Part shown: positions 24,130 through 36,507 of the stretch, piece by piece
Position numbering within the stretch: position 1 is the stretch's first letter
How the letters are laid out: the number at the start of each line of letters is the position of its first letter
Origin: Octopus sinensis
Lineage: Eukaryota
Direction of reading: 5' to 3'
DNA length: 64,000 bases
Assembly (NCBI RefSeq): GCF_006345805.1
Contig: NC_043016.1
Location: 22,258,001 to 22,322,000, forward strand
The notes under the pieces: generated by a model
Seen by the model: only the letters and a program-made list of their open reading frames with translations
Databases searched by the model: none
Told to the model about the DNA's origin: nothing
Made by a program: the position numbers and the translations under genes

Positions 24130-26030
24130 CTCCTCAAAGGCAGCTACAGTAGTGTAGGTGGTTGACCTCCAAGTAGCCCTTTTTATGGCTGCAGTCTTGA
24201 GTTTGTGAGGCTGGAAGCCACATCACTTTAGGTTGCTCTTTAGGGTGTCCTTATATCTCAACTTGGGTCTTCCTTGTTGCTTTGTGCCTTCCTTCAGCTC
24301 ACCATACATCAGCTGTCTTCTGATGATGTAGCCAGTCCAACATAACTGAACTTTGAGTAGAAGTGCCTCGACACTCGTGGACTCTGCTCTGTCTAGGACT
24401 TCTTGATTGGAGACATTGTCCTGCCAGCAGATGCTCATGATTGTGTGCAGTAATCTTGTATGGAACTGTTCCAACTGCTTGATGTGCTGGTGGTATGGAG
24501 TCCATGTTTCACAACCATACAGTAATATAGAGGGAACGACAGCTTTGTATATCTTGAGTTTCGTGGACAGCTGCACGCCTTTCTGTTGTAATATTTTAAC
24601 TCTGAGTTTACTAAGTGCTTGACTGGCTTTCTGGAGCCTAGATGTGATCTCTTATCCAGTGAACCATTTACAGAGATAGTGCTGCCTAGATACCTAAAGC
24701 TTTTGACACAGTTCAGCTCAACTCCATCAATAGTGATGGCTGGCTTAGGTTTTGTTGTATTCAGGGCTGCATGAAGCAGGCCTTCTGTCCTCCCAAGGCT
24801 GATGGTCAGGCCAAAGAGTCTGGATGCTTCAGTGAAGCGATTGATGATGATCTGGAGGTGGTTTTTCCTTTGGGCAATGCAGAGCTGGATTAAGACCCAT
24901 CAAAGCCATAAATATTTAAAAGATTTTGGTACTTCCATAAAAGATTATGCAATTCAAGATATAAACAATAACAACCCATAAAATAAATTTTTAATTTTCA
25001 AAACAAAACAAAACAGTAAAACGGAAAATAATGTTTAGTTTTGTATACTCCCACTTTATTTATATTTGAAAAGTTTTCTCCTACTTTTTTGAATTGTAAA
25101 GTCTTTGATCAAATCCTCAAAATTAATCTTAGGTATACTTAATCTGCATCTATACTTAGTAGAGATAAAGGCATCCCAAATATTATTTTAGCAAGTTTAA
25201 AGTGATTTCTTTCGTATCATAAACCATTTACCATTTCTGCCCTAAGCACATGCTTCTTTTTCTTAATGGATGATCCAGCGCTGTGGCCATGAGGGCACAA
25301 TCATCTGTGAAGAGGGCTTCAAGGATGAACTTTACCCTGGTCTTCGTTTTGGCAGACAGGTGCTGGAGGTTGAATATGGAGCCATCACTTTGGTACTTGA
25401 TCTGCATGCCCAGATCAAGGTTCTTCACAGTGTGGAGGAGGACCTGCACCAAGAACAAGTTGAAGAGCGCTGGGACAAAGACACAGCCTTGTTTGACTCC
25501 ATTAGAGATGTTGAAGGAGTTCGTGTAGTCCCTGTTGGAAGAGACCTGTCGCTTCATGTTGTTGTGGAAGAGTTTTTGTGGGCAACCTAGCTTACTGAAT
25601 ATGATCCATAAGGCTTCTTTGTTGACTGTATCAAATGCTTTGGTCAGGTCAACAAACACGGCGTACTGGTACATCTACTGCTCAATTCACTTCTCCTGCA
25701 TAGAGGGTAAACACTATCTCTATGGTGCTGCAGCAAGGGTGGATGCCACACTGGGCCTCTGGCAGGTTAATCTCTGGGATATTGGCAATGAGTCTGTTGA
25801 GGAGGATGAAAGCAAGGTCTTACCTGTTATGGAGAGTAGGGTGACCCCTCTGCAGTAACCACAATCTGTCCTGGGTCCTTTGTTTTTGTATAGAGCGACT
25901 ATGGTGACATCTCATAGATCTGTTGGGATGTCTTCCTGGTCCCAGATGGTGAAGAGGATGTCATGGAATGTGTTGAAGGCTCTGAGTCTGAGTGACTTGA
26001 ACAGTTCAAGTCACTCAGACCCACAGCCTT
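24130..26030 (-). mobile_element. Degenerate RTE (BovB-like) LINE
   Basis: FVDLTKAFDTVNKEALW, GVKQGCV, LFTDDCAL, TKLKIYKAVV..LLYGCETW, GRPKLRYKDTLK. Confidence 0.9.
24880..25283 (-). mobile_element. hAT-derived MITE inserted in the RTE RT
   Basis: TIRs cagagctggat / atccagcgctg, decayed 8-bp TSD gggcaatg/tggccatg, hAT C-terminal relic homologous to 48660-48830. Confidence 0.8.
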
Positions 26031-26129
26031 CAACAGGAAACATATATATATGTGTGTGTGTCTTCTATTTTTTAATTATTATAAATCTTCCACTGAGGAG
26101 GGAGCTAGTTTCCAACAAAGATACAAGGC

Positions 26130-26770
26130 CCCATCTTTGGGATATAGTTAACACAGACAAATTCACATTTGACTGTTCCACTCACAGATTGCACTTGTAA
26201 TGTACGAATCATCCGATCGATTTCTCTTTCTGAAAATGCCAGTTTATCCAGATTCTCCTTTAAGCATTTACTAACAAAACCTAGTGCTCCAATAATTATT
26301 GGTTTGAATATGAATTCATAGTCTGGATATAGAAGCTGGAGGTTTCAAAGCACTTGACCATAGATATCTTCTTTTTCTTTAATTTTCAAAGTGATATTTA
26401 TATCTGTAGCACAGATGACCTCTATGATGTTACATACCTTTATTCCTCTGTCCCAAACAACAATATCCAGCCTGTTATGTTTACATTTGACAAAGGTTTT
26501 GATGGGAATATTCCATCAGTACTCCTTGAGTTGGTGTTTATGAATGTATTCCATAACAGAGGAATTTTCTAAGTTTATTTCAGAAGTCCTTTTTTGTGGA
26601 TGGCCTTGCAAATTGTTTTAGCAACAACATAGTACTGCATAAGGAGGTAGTACCATGATGACATGCATGATGTCTTCCACAGAACATGATATAGACTATA
26701 CATGTTGTTGCACCTTGGGATTACAAGAGCATCACTGTCTCTCTTGCTCACCAGGTACTTTGTGACAATG
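26130..26770 (-). mobile_element. 3' fragment of a non-LTR element with restriction-like endonuclease (R4/HERO/NeSL type)
   Basis: HNRLDIVVWD..IIEVICATD..KEKEDIY..PIIIGALG, preceded by a decayed Zn-knuckle region. Confidence 0.8.
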
Positions 26771-26778
26771 TATGTATG

Positions 26779-27063
26779 CAGTGGCGGACTGGCCAGGTTG
26801 CCACCATTAGAATCCACATATGGGGGACCATGTTAGTATCTAAGTGGCCCATCCCCTCAAGTTTGAGAACTTTTTATTCACTCCTGAAAGAATGCATTTA
26901 TCATTTCTGCCTGGCTGTGTTTGTTAACAACTGAAAAGAATACTTTTAACAAAACAAAAAAATTGAATGATAGCATTGTAGTTGCGGGTGGCTCCCCTTA
27001 TTGTTGCGAGTGGTCCCCCTTAGTCTCATGGCAACCAATGTTTTCAGACCCAGTCCGCCACTG
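26779..27063. mobile_element. 285-bp MITE with perfect 14-bp TIRs
   Basis: cagtggcggactgg / ccagtccgccactg; flanks are microsatellite. Confidence 0.85.
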
Positions 27064-27790
27064 TGTGTGTGTTTGTGAGTGTTTGTGTGTGTGTGTGTGT
27101 GTGTATGTGTGTATGTATGTATGTATGTATTATGTAAGTATGTAAGTAAATATGGATGGGTTGTTTGGGTGGGTGGATGGGTGGAAGGATGGATGAATGG
27201 ATGGATGTGTGTGTGTGTGTGTGCACATGTGTATGAATATGCACACATATACATACAAACACACAAACATACGCGCATATGAATTTATGTGTATTTCTCG
27301 TTGTAAAACGCTGTAAAACATTTCAACCACATTGGGCTTTATTAGTTTTCAATTCAAGAAACGTTGGTATAACATCGTCCCAATTTAAATTTCCTCGGAA
27401 TTAAAGCTCAATAGTAGTGTGAAATAGGAAATAGAAAATAGCACTGTTGTGGCAAAAAAGCTTCCTGTCGGATGTGTGTGTTATCAAAATTTCTCCCAAA
27501 AGGAAAACATTTATTGACTTTGATTGTAATATGCTGTTATAGCTTTCTGTTGTTGAAGTTCTTGTTGATTTATCGTCGTTGTCGTCGTTGTTGTTGTTGT
27601 TCTTCTTCTTCTTGGTGATGGCGGCGGCGGCGGCGGTGAGGGGGTGACAACTTAAGACTAAACAGCCCTGATCGAGCAGAAGAGAAGCGTAAGAATCCTG
27701 ACTAGCATATTTGTAATTTTTTGCTTCTTTTTTCCCAACCAGATAGTTAGGACCACATTATCCAGTGTATCCTTTTTAAAAAGATAATAT

Positions 27791-28622
27791 GGATCTTTTC
27801 CTTTTGAACGGCACATGTCAACACAATTTCTAGTTAACTAAACACTTTTAAACTTCGTATACTGGTAGAATGTGTTTATAAAGCATCATTTTCTCTTGGC
27901 TTTATTGAGAAAATTCTATAGTTTGTAAGATATTTCATCTGAAATTTTGAGCATTTCGGCAATTTTAACCAATCGCTGACCTCCATTTGGGGTGAAAACA
28001 TTCCGTGCTGTATGAATATGTCCCTCGTTTAAGAAACAGATTGGGTTTATTAACATTTGTGAAGAAAAAAGATACCCTTCCCCCACCCCTAACCCCACCC
28101 CTAACCCCACCCCTAACCCTAACCCAAACTCTAACCCTAAATCTAAAATAGATTGAAATGCAATTGATCGATACTAGGGTTATAATTATGGGTGACATTT
28201 TCATTTGACACTGCTAGAAAAAAATCCCATTTTCCGTAGCGGTTTCGTATGAAATTGTCACCCATAATTATAACCCTAGTATCGATCTATTGCATTTCAA
28301 TCTATTTTAGATTTAGGGTTAGGGGTGGGGAAGGGTATCTTTTTTTCTTCGCAAATGTAAATAAACCCAATCTGTTTCTTAAACGAGGGACATATTCATA
28401 CAGCACGGAATGTTTTCACCCCAAATGAAGGTCAGTGATTGGTTAAAATTGCCAAAATGCTTGAAATTGAAGTGGAAATATGTTACAACATATAGAATTT
28501 TCTCAATAAAGCCAAGAAAAAATGATGCTTTATAAACACATTCTACCAGTATACGAAGTTTAAAAGTGTTTATAGTTAACTAGAAATTGTGTTGACATAT
28601 GCCATTCAAAAGGAAAAGATCC
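27791..28622. mobile_element. Fold-back dimer of a TTAGGG-containing MITE with 8-bp TSD
   Basis: Two inverted MITE halves; gataatat at 27783-27790 and 28623-28630. Confidence 0.88.
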
Positions 28623-29045
28623 GATAATATTTGGAGGCAATTTAGTTGCTTATGACAAAGAACAAACTTTCCTTGTTGGGGAAAGTGATAGCTAAACCTG
28701 AGGATGGTTTGGAGAGGGTGAGAAGTCAGGAAAGTGATACAAACGAAGAAACGAGGCAGAAAGTTGAGGTAAATCGAAACACCCATTAACCAGAAAATAA
28801 AAGTGAGGGTTAAGTTGGTGAGGAAAAGAAAAGCATTATCAGGTAAATAAGGGTCACAACTCCGAGATCTCAATTGTTAAAATTCAAATTATGTATACGG
28901 CATGCGGTGTGGAAAAAGGAAACATAAGCACATGGGCTAACGTTAAAATTATCTTTGACAAACACCAGACATGTGCAGAATTATCAATAAACCATAAACT
29001 TTACTGTATTTGCCAGAATTGTGTGACTAGAAAATTTTAGACAAT

Positions 29046-29209
29046 TAGGTGCAGGAGTGGTTGTGTGGTAAGAAGCTTGCTTCCCAAACATATGGTTATG
29101 GGTTCAGTCTCACTGCGTGGCATCTTGGTCAAGTGTCTTCTACTATATCCTCGGGCCAACCAAGGCCTAGTGAGTGGATTTGGTAGACAGAAACTGAAAG
29201 CCCGTCGTG

Positions 29210-29250
<41 letters not shown>

Positions 29251-29268
29251 CATACATACATACATACA

Positions 29269-29314
<46 letters not shown>

Positions 29315-29480
29315 ATGTGTTGGTGTGTTTATGTTCCCGTAACTTATCGTTTCAGCAAAACTGGCCAATAGAATAAGTACTAGGCTTAAAAAGAATAAGT
29401 TCTGGGGTTGATTTGTTCGACTAAATGGCGGTGTTCTAGCGTGGCAGCAGTAAAATGACAGAAACAAGTAAAAGGAAAAA
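29046..29480 (+). mobile_element. SINE family A
   Basis: Head, core and 3' part as at 21117. Confidence 0.85.
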
Positions 29481-29494
29481 GTAAAACTACTATG

Positions 29495-29940
29495 TGAATG
29501 GATGTCAACAGCTCCATAAAGAAGTGCCGATCTCTCAGAGAGGATGAAACCTGTGGAAGAGAGAGATCCAAGAAAACATGGGATGAAGTACTGAAGAAAG
29601 ATCTTGAGACACTGAGCCTTAAGGGGGAGATGACAAAGGACTGAAATATCTGGCACCTTGCTGTCCTCAAGGAGACCCATTCTCCATTGCACAAGTGTTA
29701 AGAGTACTGTGTTGGTGCTTTGTAAAAAGTACTCACGCCAGCGTCACGTAAATGTTCTCGTGTCAGTACCACGTTAAAAGCACCCAACACACTGTAAACT
29801 GGTTGACATTAAGAAGGGTATCCAACTGTAGAAACCAGGCTAAATCAGACTGAAACCTTGTGCAACTCTCCAGCTTGCAATCTCTGGTCAAACTGTCCAA
29901 CCCATGCCAGCAAGGTAAATATACGTTAAAGGATGATGAT
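29495..29940 (+). mobile_element. RTE LINE 3' fragment
   Basis: ggaagagagagatccaagaaaacatgggatgaagta..., 3' tail ending gttaaaggatgatgat. Confidence 0.75.
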
Positions 29941-29989
29941 TATGTATATGTTCTATATGAATTGGCATGACAACTTGATTCCTTATTCT

Positions 29990-30390
29990 TTCTTTTATTC
30001 TTTTATTTGTTTCAGTCATTTGACTGGCCATGCTGGAGCACCACCTTTAGTCGAGCAAATCGACCCCAGGACTTATTCTTTGTAAGCTTGGTACTTATTC
30101 TATCGGTCTCTTTTGCCGAACTGCTAAGTTACCGGGACGTAAACACACCAGTATTGGTTGTCAAGTGATGTGGGGGGGGGGGACAAACACATGCATTTAC
30201 ACACACACATATATATACATATATACGATGGGCTTCTTTCAGTTTCTATCTACCAAATCCACTCACAAGGCTTTGGTCAGCCCAAGGCTATAGTAAAAGA
30301 TACTTGCCCAAGATGCCATGAAATGGGACTGAACCTGGAACCATATGGATAGTAAGCAAGCTACTTACCACACAGCCACTCCTACGCCTA
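29990..30390 (-). mobile_element. SINE family A, full length
   Basis: Reverse complement of the 21117 copy. Confidence 0.88.
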
Positions 30391-31116
30391 TATAATTTCT
30401 TTTCATCCCTCTATTGTGGTAAAAGTTTGGTATATACTCAAAAGTATTCAAAAAACTTTTTTATCCTTTTTGTTATAATATTCTTCTTAATAATTTTCTG
30501 AATAACCCTAAACTTTAACTTTATACAACATGGCAATATTGTTTAAAATATTTTAACTATATGATAAAATTTCCCCTGTTTTTATTATCATTGGTCTGCT
30601 AGTGGCCGGGGGCCCCCTTAATTATCAGCTAACATCTTGATTTAAGGTTTCCTTTACCAAATCTCTTGATATTGCTTCTAATAAATCTTGATAGTTTTTT
30701 TATGACTAACCCACTATGATTTCTGTTGACTCCCTCAGCCCCATTCCTAACAGACACTACTCCTTGTTTTCTCCAGCCTTAGACACACAAAGATTTGATA
30801 AAACTAGTTTATAAATTAAAAATGACCCCATAAAATAGTGACAAGCAAAATCTGTAACAAGTCTTTCTTCCTGATACCTTAGTAGCTTCTAAGCTGAAGT
30901 GAAGACAGCATGTTCTTTGTCTATCTTCTTGGAGATTTTAGGTAAAATTATACTAATGTGTCCATCTGTTTTAATTTAATTAAATTCTATGTATTTATGC
31001 AGCTGAGGATTGCTCTGCATTTAAATTGATGTAATGATTGCATTGTTCAATTAAATTTAGTCGCTTGAAACGATCATACTGCATTACCTCTGGTTATCCT
31101 TGTTGCTTATTTTGAT

Positions 31117-31179
<63 letters not shown>

Positions 31180-31190
31180 TATATATATAT

Positions 31191-31224
<34 letters not shown>

Positions 31225-31330
31225 CATATATATATACACACATATATATATATAGGTACAAAAAATTCAGGGTGAATACTTGATAACTGTAAGCACCTGT
31301 ATATGCCAGTTAGTGGTGTAGGTGATAGGG

Positions 31331-32178
31331 TATATTTATCAAAAGAAAAACAGGATGCAAAGGATTTAGCGGTACATATGTTTCTGGCTTTATTGGACAG
31401 TTTATATCAATGCATAATTGATGTAACATGTATTACATTATAGCAGGTTTGAGAAGAAGTTTGGGAAAAAGACGAGTTTCGTTGGGGATGCAAATCCTCA
31501 TAGTCGTATATAGCAAAGCGAGACATCAAAACAAAACGTCCATATCGTTTTTTTCACTCGATATAGAATGAGGAGGTTGGATGTTGAGATAAAGAGGGAA
31601 GTAGTGGAAGGGGGTGAATCTTTAATGAGTTTGGGATCACAAAGAGGAACAAGTATATGTATAAATCTAAACATGATTATACGGGATAATAGTAAGTGCA
31701 AAATGTAATAAAAGAGTAAAAATGTAAAAAAAGAGTGAAAATGTAAAAAAAGGGTAAAAATGTAAAAAAAAGAATGAAAATGTAAAAAACGAGTAAAAAT
31801 GTAAAAAAATAAGTATATAAGCATCCCAAACTCAATAAAGATTCACCCCCTTCCACTACTTCCCTCTTTATCTCAACATCTAACCTCCTCATTCTATATC
31901 GAGTGAAAAGAACAATATGGACGTTTTGTTTTGGTGTCTCGCTTTGCTATATACGACTATGAGGAACTGCATCCCCAACGAAACTCGTCTTTTTCCCAAA
32001 CTTCTTCTCAAACCTGCTATAATGTAATACATGTCTTTGGTGTGGTAATTGTGTGCGGCTGAAGAAGGCTATTGACATACATGTTACATCAATTATGCAT
32101 TGATATAAACTGTCCAATAAAGCCAGAAACATATGTACTGCTAAATCCTTTGCATCCTGTTTTTCTTTTGATAAATAT
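31331..32178. repeat. ~305-355-bp inverted repeat with A-rich ~20-bp tandem spacer
   Basis: 31331-31637 vs 31823-32178; the left arm lacks a ~54-bp segment bounded by atacatg repeats. Confidence 0.9.
32055..32141 (+). ncRNA. Type I hammerhead-like motif, extended stem II
   Basis: gcgg-CUGAAGA-a ggc uauug...caaua aa gcc a-GAAAC-auau-GUA^cugc; A.A at the base of stem II. Confidence 0.6.
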
Positions 32179-32590
32179 ATATATATATATATTTCAGTGT
32201 ATAAGATGATCTTTTATAGCCCACAAATCACACCAAAATTGGGGGTCATCTTATATAACAGTAACAAAAAGCGAAATTTACATCTTGTGGTGTATTTGTA
32301 CTGAAAACCAGGCCTAACCTTAACTTAATACCGACAACAGCCTCTGTGCAGTAACTCCCGATGTTAGTACTTCTATTTAAAACAATTCACATCAGTATAC
32401 GACACTAACAATGTGATAGAACTGCCATTACCTAAAAATCTGCAATCTACAGAAAAACCTTTCATTTCTCACTAAGATTTCGAATTTGAAACTAACATAA
32501 TTCGCACAGAAGTTTTACCTAGAGTGTGTGTTTGTGTGTCAAAGGAAGTTATTTTATAGCATTTGAAGAAGTAAAGTTGTCAACTCGACA

Positions 32591-33821
32591 TATATGGGAT
32601 CATTGAATTGTTCGTTAATTTCCGTAAAATTGTTTTAATTTCTCTATGCTTTGAAGAGAGCAGAAACTGAAAAAGAGAATAAAGTGAAAAAGTGACATTT
32701 GCTTTGAAGTGAGAGGAGAAAGTGTAAGATGTATGTGTATATGAAATGGACGTGTGTGTGTGTGTGTGTGTGTGAGCAAGAGAAAGAGAGTGACTGAGTG
32801 AAGGTATATGTTGTAATGTATGAATTTTTTTGCATGTATGTATAAGTAGCACTCACTCGCTCTCCCTCTCTCTCTCTCTCTCTCACACACACACTCACAC
32901 ACATTATCTTTCATACACACGTACATAGCGGAGGTAAAGAATACGCACACCATCTGTTTTCAGTGTAACCCTAAGCTTAAACACCGGGAGTGCGAATTCT
33001 TTACCTTCGCCCATAAATACATATTCATACAGCTTTTGTTTGTGTGTGTGTGTGAGAGAGAGAGAGAGTGTGTGTGTGTGTGACTACATTTTCTCATTAC
33101 ATAGAAAAATGGATGTCTTTTAATGCAAGTTTTTTTTTTATTGTGGCTTATTTTAATACAATATTTATGTGTACATTTTCATAAATGTTTGTCTGAGTAA
33201 AATTCTACGCATGCGTGAAATATTGGGAGCAAGTTGAAATATCATCCAAATATGACCTGAAAATTGTGCGATCCAACGTAGTTATTTTAGTTGTAAAAAA
33301 GAGTTGTTGAATCAAAAACATAGTTTATTTGGTGGGGATAGATAATAAGCAGGTTTCTTTATTATGATAGATGTGGCTTATTCAGAGAAACATTACTTTC
33401 ATTATTCACACCTTGTCAGTCTCGTAATGCAACACTGTAATTTTGCTTCAAATTGAAAATGTGAAACTATTTTGATTTTGTAATGAAACCTGGTCGTTGT
33501 AGAGAAATGCATTTGAAATAACTATAGCTGGCTATTGAGATAACGTAGAAAATATGTAAATGAAAATAAAGTTTATTTGATATGTGTAATTGATTTGATT
33601 GTTCTGGTCTTAACATCAATTGGTAAAAATAGAAGTCATTTTGTTTGTAATTGGCTATATGGGATCATTGAATTGTTCGTTAATTTCCGTAAAATTGTTT
33701 TAATTTCTCAATGCTTTGAAGAGAGCAGAAACTGACAAAGAGAATAAAGTGAAAAAGTGACATTTGCTTTGAAGTGAGAGGAGAAAGTGTAAGATGTGCG
33801 TGTATATGAAATGGACGTGTG
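32591..33821 (+). repeat. ~165-bp direct repeats 1065 bp apart
   Basis: tatatgggatcattgaattg...gaaatggacgtgtg at 32591-32758 and 33656-33821. Confidence 0.88.
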
Positions 33822-34332
33822 TATATGAAACGGACGTGTATATGAAGTGGACGTGTATATGAAATGGACGTGTGTCCTGGGTTCAATCCGTGGAATATTG
33901 GAATGATATCCATCTTGTCCATTCCACAGAATAAGAGTATACCAGAGAGCATGATAAGAGGGATGAGTCTATGAAACACGTTTAAGGTTGTTATCTTGAA
34001 CACAAATGAGAATATCATGATTTTCATGGGGACCACCAACCATAAGGATGGCCACTTCATTATATGTGGGCTCATTAAAACATTGTAAAATGTTCTTTAC
34101 TATAGTTTACTATAGATGTAAGGAAAACAAAAACACATTCATAGAATTTGATATTGAAAACAGCAAAATGTGCACATACAAAGATCAAGCAAAACGAAAT
34201 GTAGTCAATATAGGTGCAAAACATACTTTCTATAGCATAGTTATGCTATAAAAAAAATGGAAAGTCACCAATTTAGCAAAAGTTAGTATGCATCACCAAT
34301 GTAACAACATACAGAAACTCAACATTTATTTG

Positions 34333-34757
34333 GGATCTTTTCGGGTTGAACGGCAGTTTTTTCTAGCAGTGTCATATGAAATTGTCACCCATAATTATGA
34401 CCTTAGTATCGATCTATTGCATTTCAATCTGTTTTAGGGTTAGGGTTAGGGTTAGGGGTGGAGGGAAGGGTATCTTTTTTTTCTTCACAAAAGTAAATAA
34501 ACCCAATATGTTTCTTAAATGAGGGACATATTCATACGGCACAGAATGATTTTTACCTCAATACACGTCACTGATTGGTTGAAATTGCAGATATTGCAGA
34601 AAAAACAACAACAAATATCTTACAAACTATAGAATTTTCTCAATAAAGCCAAGAGAAAAAGATGTTTTATAAACACATTCTACCAGTATACGAAGTTTAA
34701 CATTTTTTAGTTACCTAGAAATTATGTTAAAAACTGCCGTTCAAACCGAAAAGATCC
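34333..34757. mobile_element. MITE with ~28-bp TIRs and internal (TTAGGG)4
   Basis: ggatcttttcgggttgaacggcagttttt / aaaaactgccgttcaaaccgaaaagatcc; TTAGGG x4 at 34434-34457. Confidence 0.88.
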
Positions 34758-35189
34758 CATACATGCATGCATGCTTACATACATACGTACGCACGCACAC
34801 ATACACACACACATACATACATACATACATACATACATGCATGCATACATGCATACATGCATACATACATACATACATACATACATACATACATACATAC
34901 ATACATACATACATACATACATACATGCGTATGCGCACACACACTGACCCACACACACATGCGCACAAACATACAAAAATAATGCAGCTCGGATAACGGA
35001 CAGAGTCAACCACTATTGAAAAGGTTGCAAGACGCAACGGAAATTTTAGGAAAAATAAACAAGTGGAAACTTTACTGGTGTATGTGTGTTAAATAATAAG
35101 GCACAAATAGAGAATGACTCTCCCCAGACACAAAATATGCTTCATCTCACATAAAGAATCATTCAAACCAAATCCCAAAACGAAATACG

Positions 35190-35545
35190 CACACGCACAC
35201 ACACACATACACGACGGGCTTCTTTCAGTTTCCATCTACCAAATCCCACTCACAAGGCCGTGACCGACCCACGCAGTGGAACTGAACCCGGAAACTGTGT
35301 GGTTGGGAATCAAGCTTCTTACCACACAGCCACGCCAGGCAGAAACGTTAGCACGCCGGGCGAAATTCGTAGCCGTATTTCGTCTGTCGCTACGTTCTGA
35401 GTTCAAATTCCGCCGAGGTTGACTTTGCCTTTCATCCTTTCGAGGTCGATAAATTAAGTACCAGTTACGCACAGGAGTCGATATAATCGACTTAATCCCT
35501 TTGTCTGTCCTTGTTTGTCCCCTCTGTGTTTAGCCCCTTGTGGAT
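35190..35545. mobile_element. Head-to-head SINE A (minus, 35190-35335) and SINE C (plus, 35338-35545)
   Basis: Matches to the other copies in the window. Confidence 0.8.
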
Positions 35546-36507
35546 AGTACTGGTACACCGGCGATTATAATTAATTTTATTGTATCGCATTTAACATGGA
35601 GAAATATATCTAAATCAATCAATACTTTATTAAACCACTACACAATAGCAATGATATTATACATTAATATAGTACAAATATAACAAGACATAGAAATAGA
35701 AATAGAAATACATTTACATTTATATATGCATATACATGTATTAAACTCTTGTTTTCAAAGTTGTAGAGAGAAGACAATCGATAAAAGAAAAGGTGGAGCA
35801 TTTGTGAGAAGTGTAGCTAAGTGGTTAAGGGTTGATAATTTTACTTCCATCACATACACACTCGCGTGCGCACACACACACACGAAGGCATCGAACCACG
35901 TGCGCTAAACTTGTTTATATCTCTCAAAACTATCTCATACTTTCTCTCTTAAATACTCGCACAAACACACACACACACACACACACACACGAAGGTATAT
36001 ATGCGTGTGTGTAAACAGATACGTATATGTGTGCATTTATGTATGTATTATGTTTATACACACACTCAAACATAGAAAATACATACACAAGTGCACACAC
36101 ACTTACGCATACTCTGTGTGTGTGTGTGTATGTATGAGTGTGTAAGATGCGTATGCGTGAATAACTTGGGTTTAAAAATATCAGCTAAAATGGGTTAATG
36201 CCAGGACAAACGTTGTAGAATTGGTTCTTTTAAACCTTTACAATGTAAAAGTACACAATTTTTACAGATTTAATTTATAATTGGAACTGCCCAAGCGCAA
36301 TGCTAGAACTTATTTTAAAGCTACAAGAAATTTTGCTATATCAGTAAATCATCTAGGATGAGACAAGTATTAAAAAGGGATCTTGGATCTTTTTGGTTTG
36401 AACGGCAGTTTTTAACATAATTTCTAGGTAACTAAAAAATTTTAAACTTCGTATACTGGTAGAATGTGTTTATAAAACATCTTTTTCTCTTGGCTTTATT
36501 GAGAAAA

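Noticed and set aside
27540-27650. GC-rich (GTT)n/(CTT)n/(GGC)n run resembling a low-complexity coding exon
   Set aside because: No splice or ORF context could be established; treated as a compound trinucleotide repeat
35338-35410. tRNA-like sequence with A/B boxes (also at SINE heads 13130-13204, 21117 and 48095)
   Set aside because: These are SINE heads continuous with SINE bodies, not cloverleaf tRNA genes
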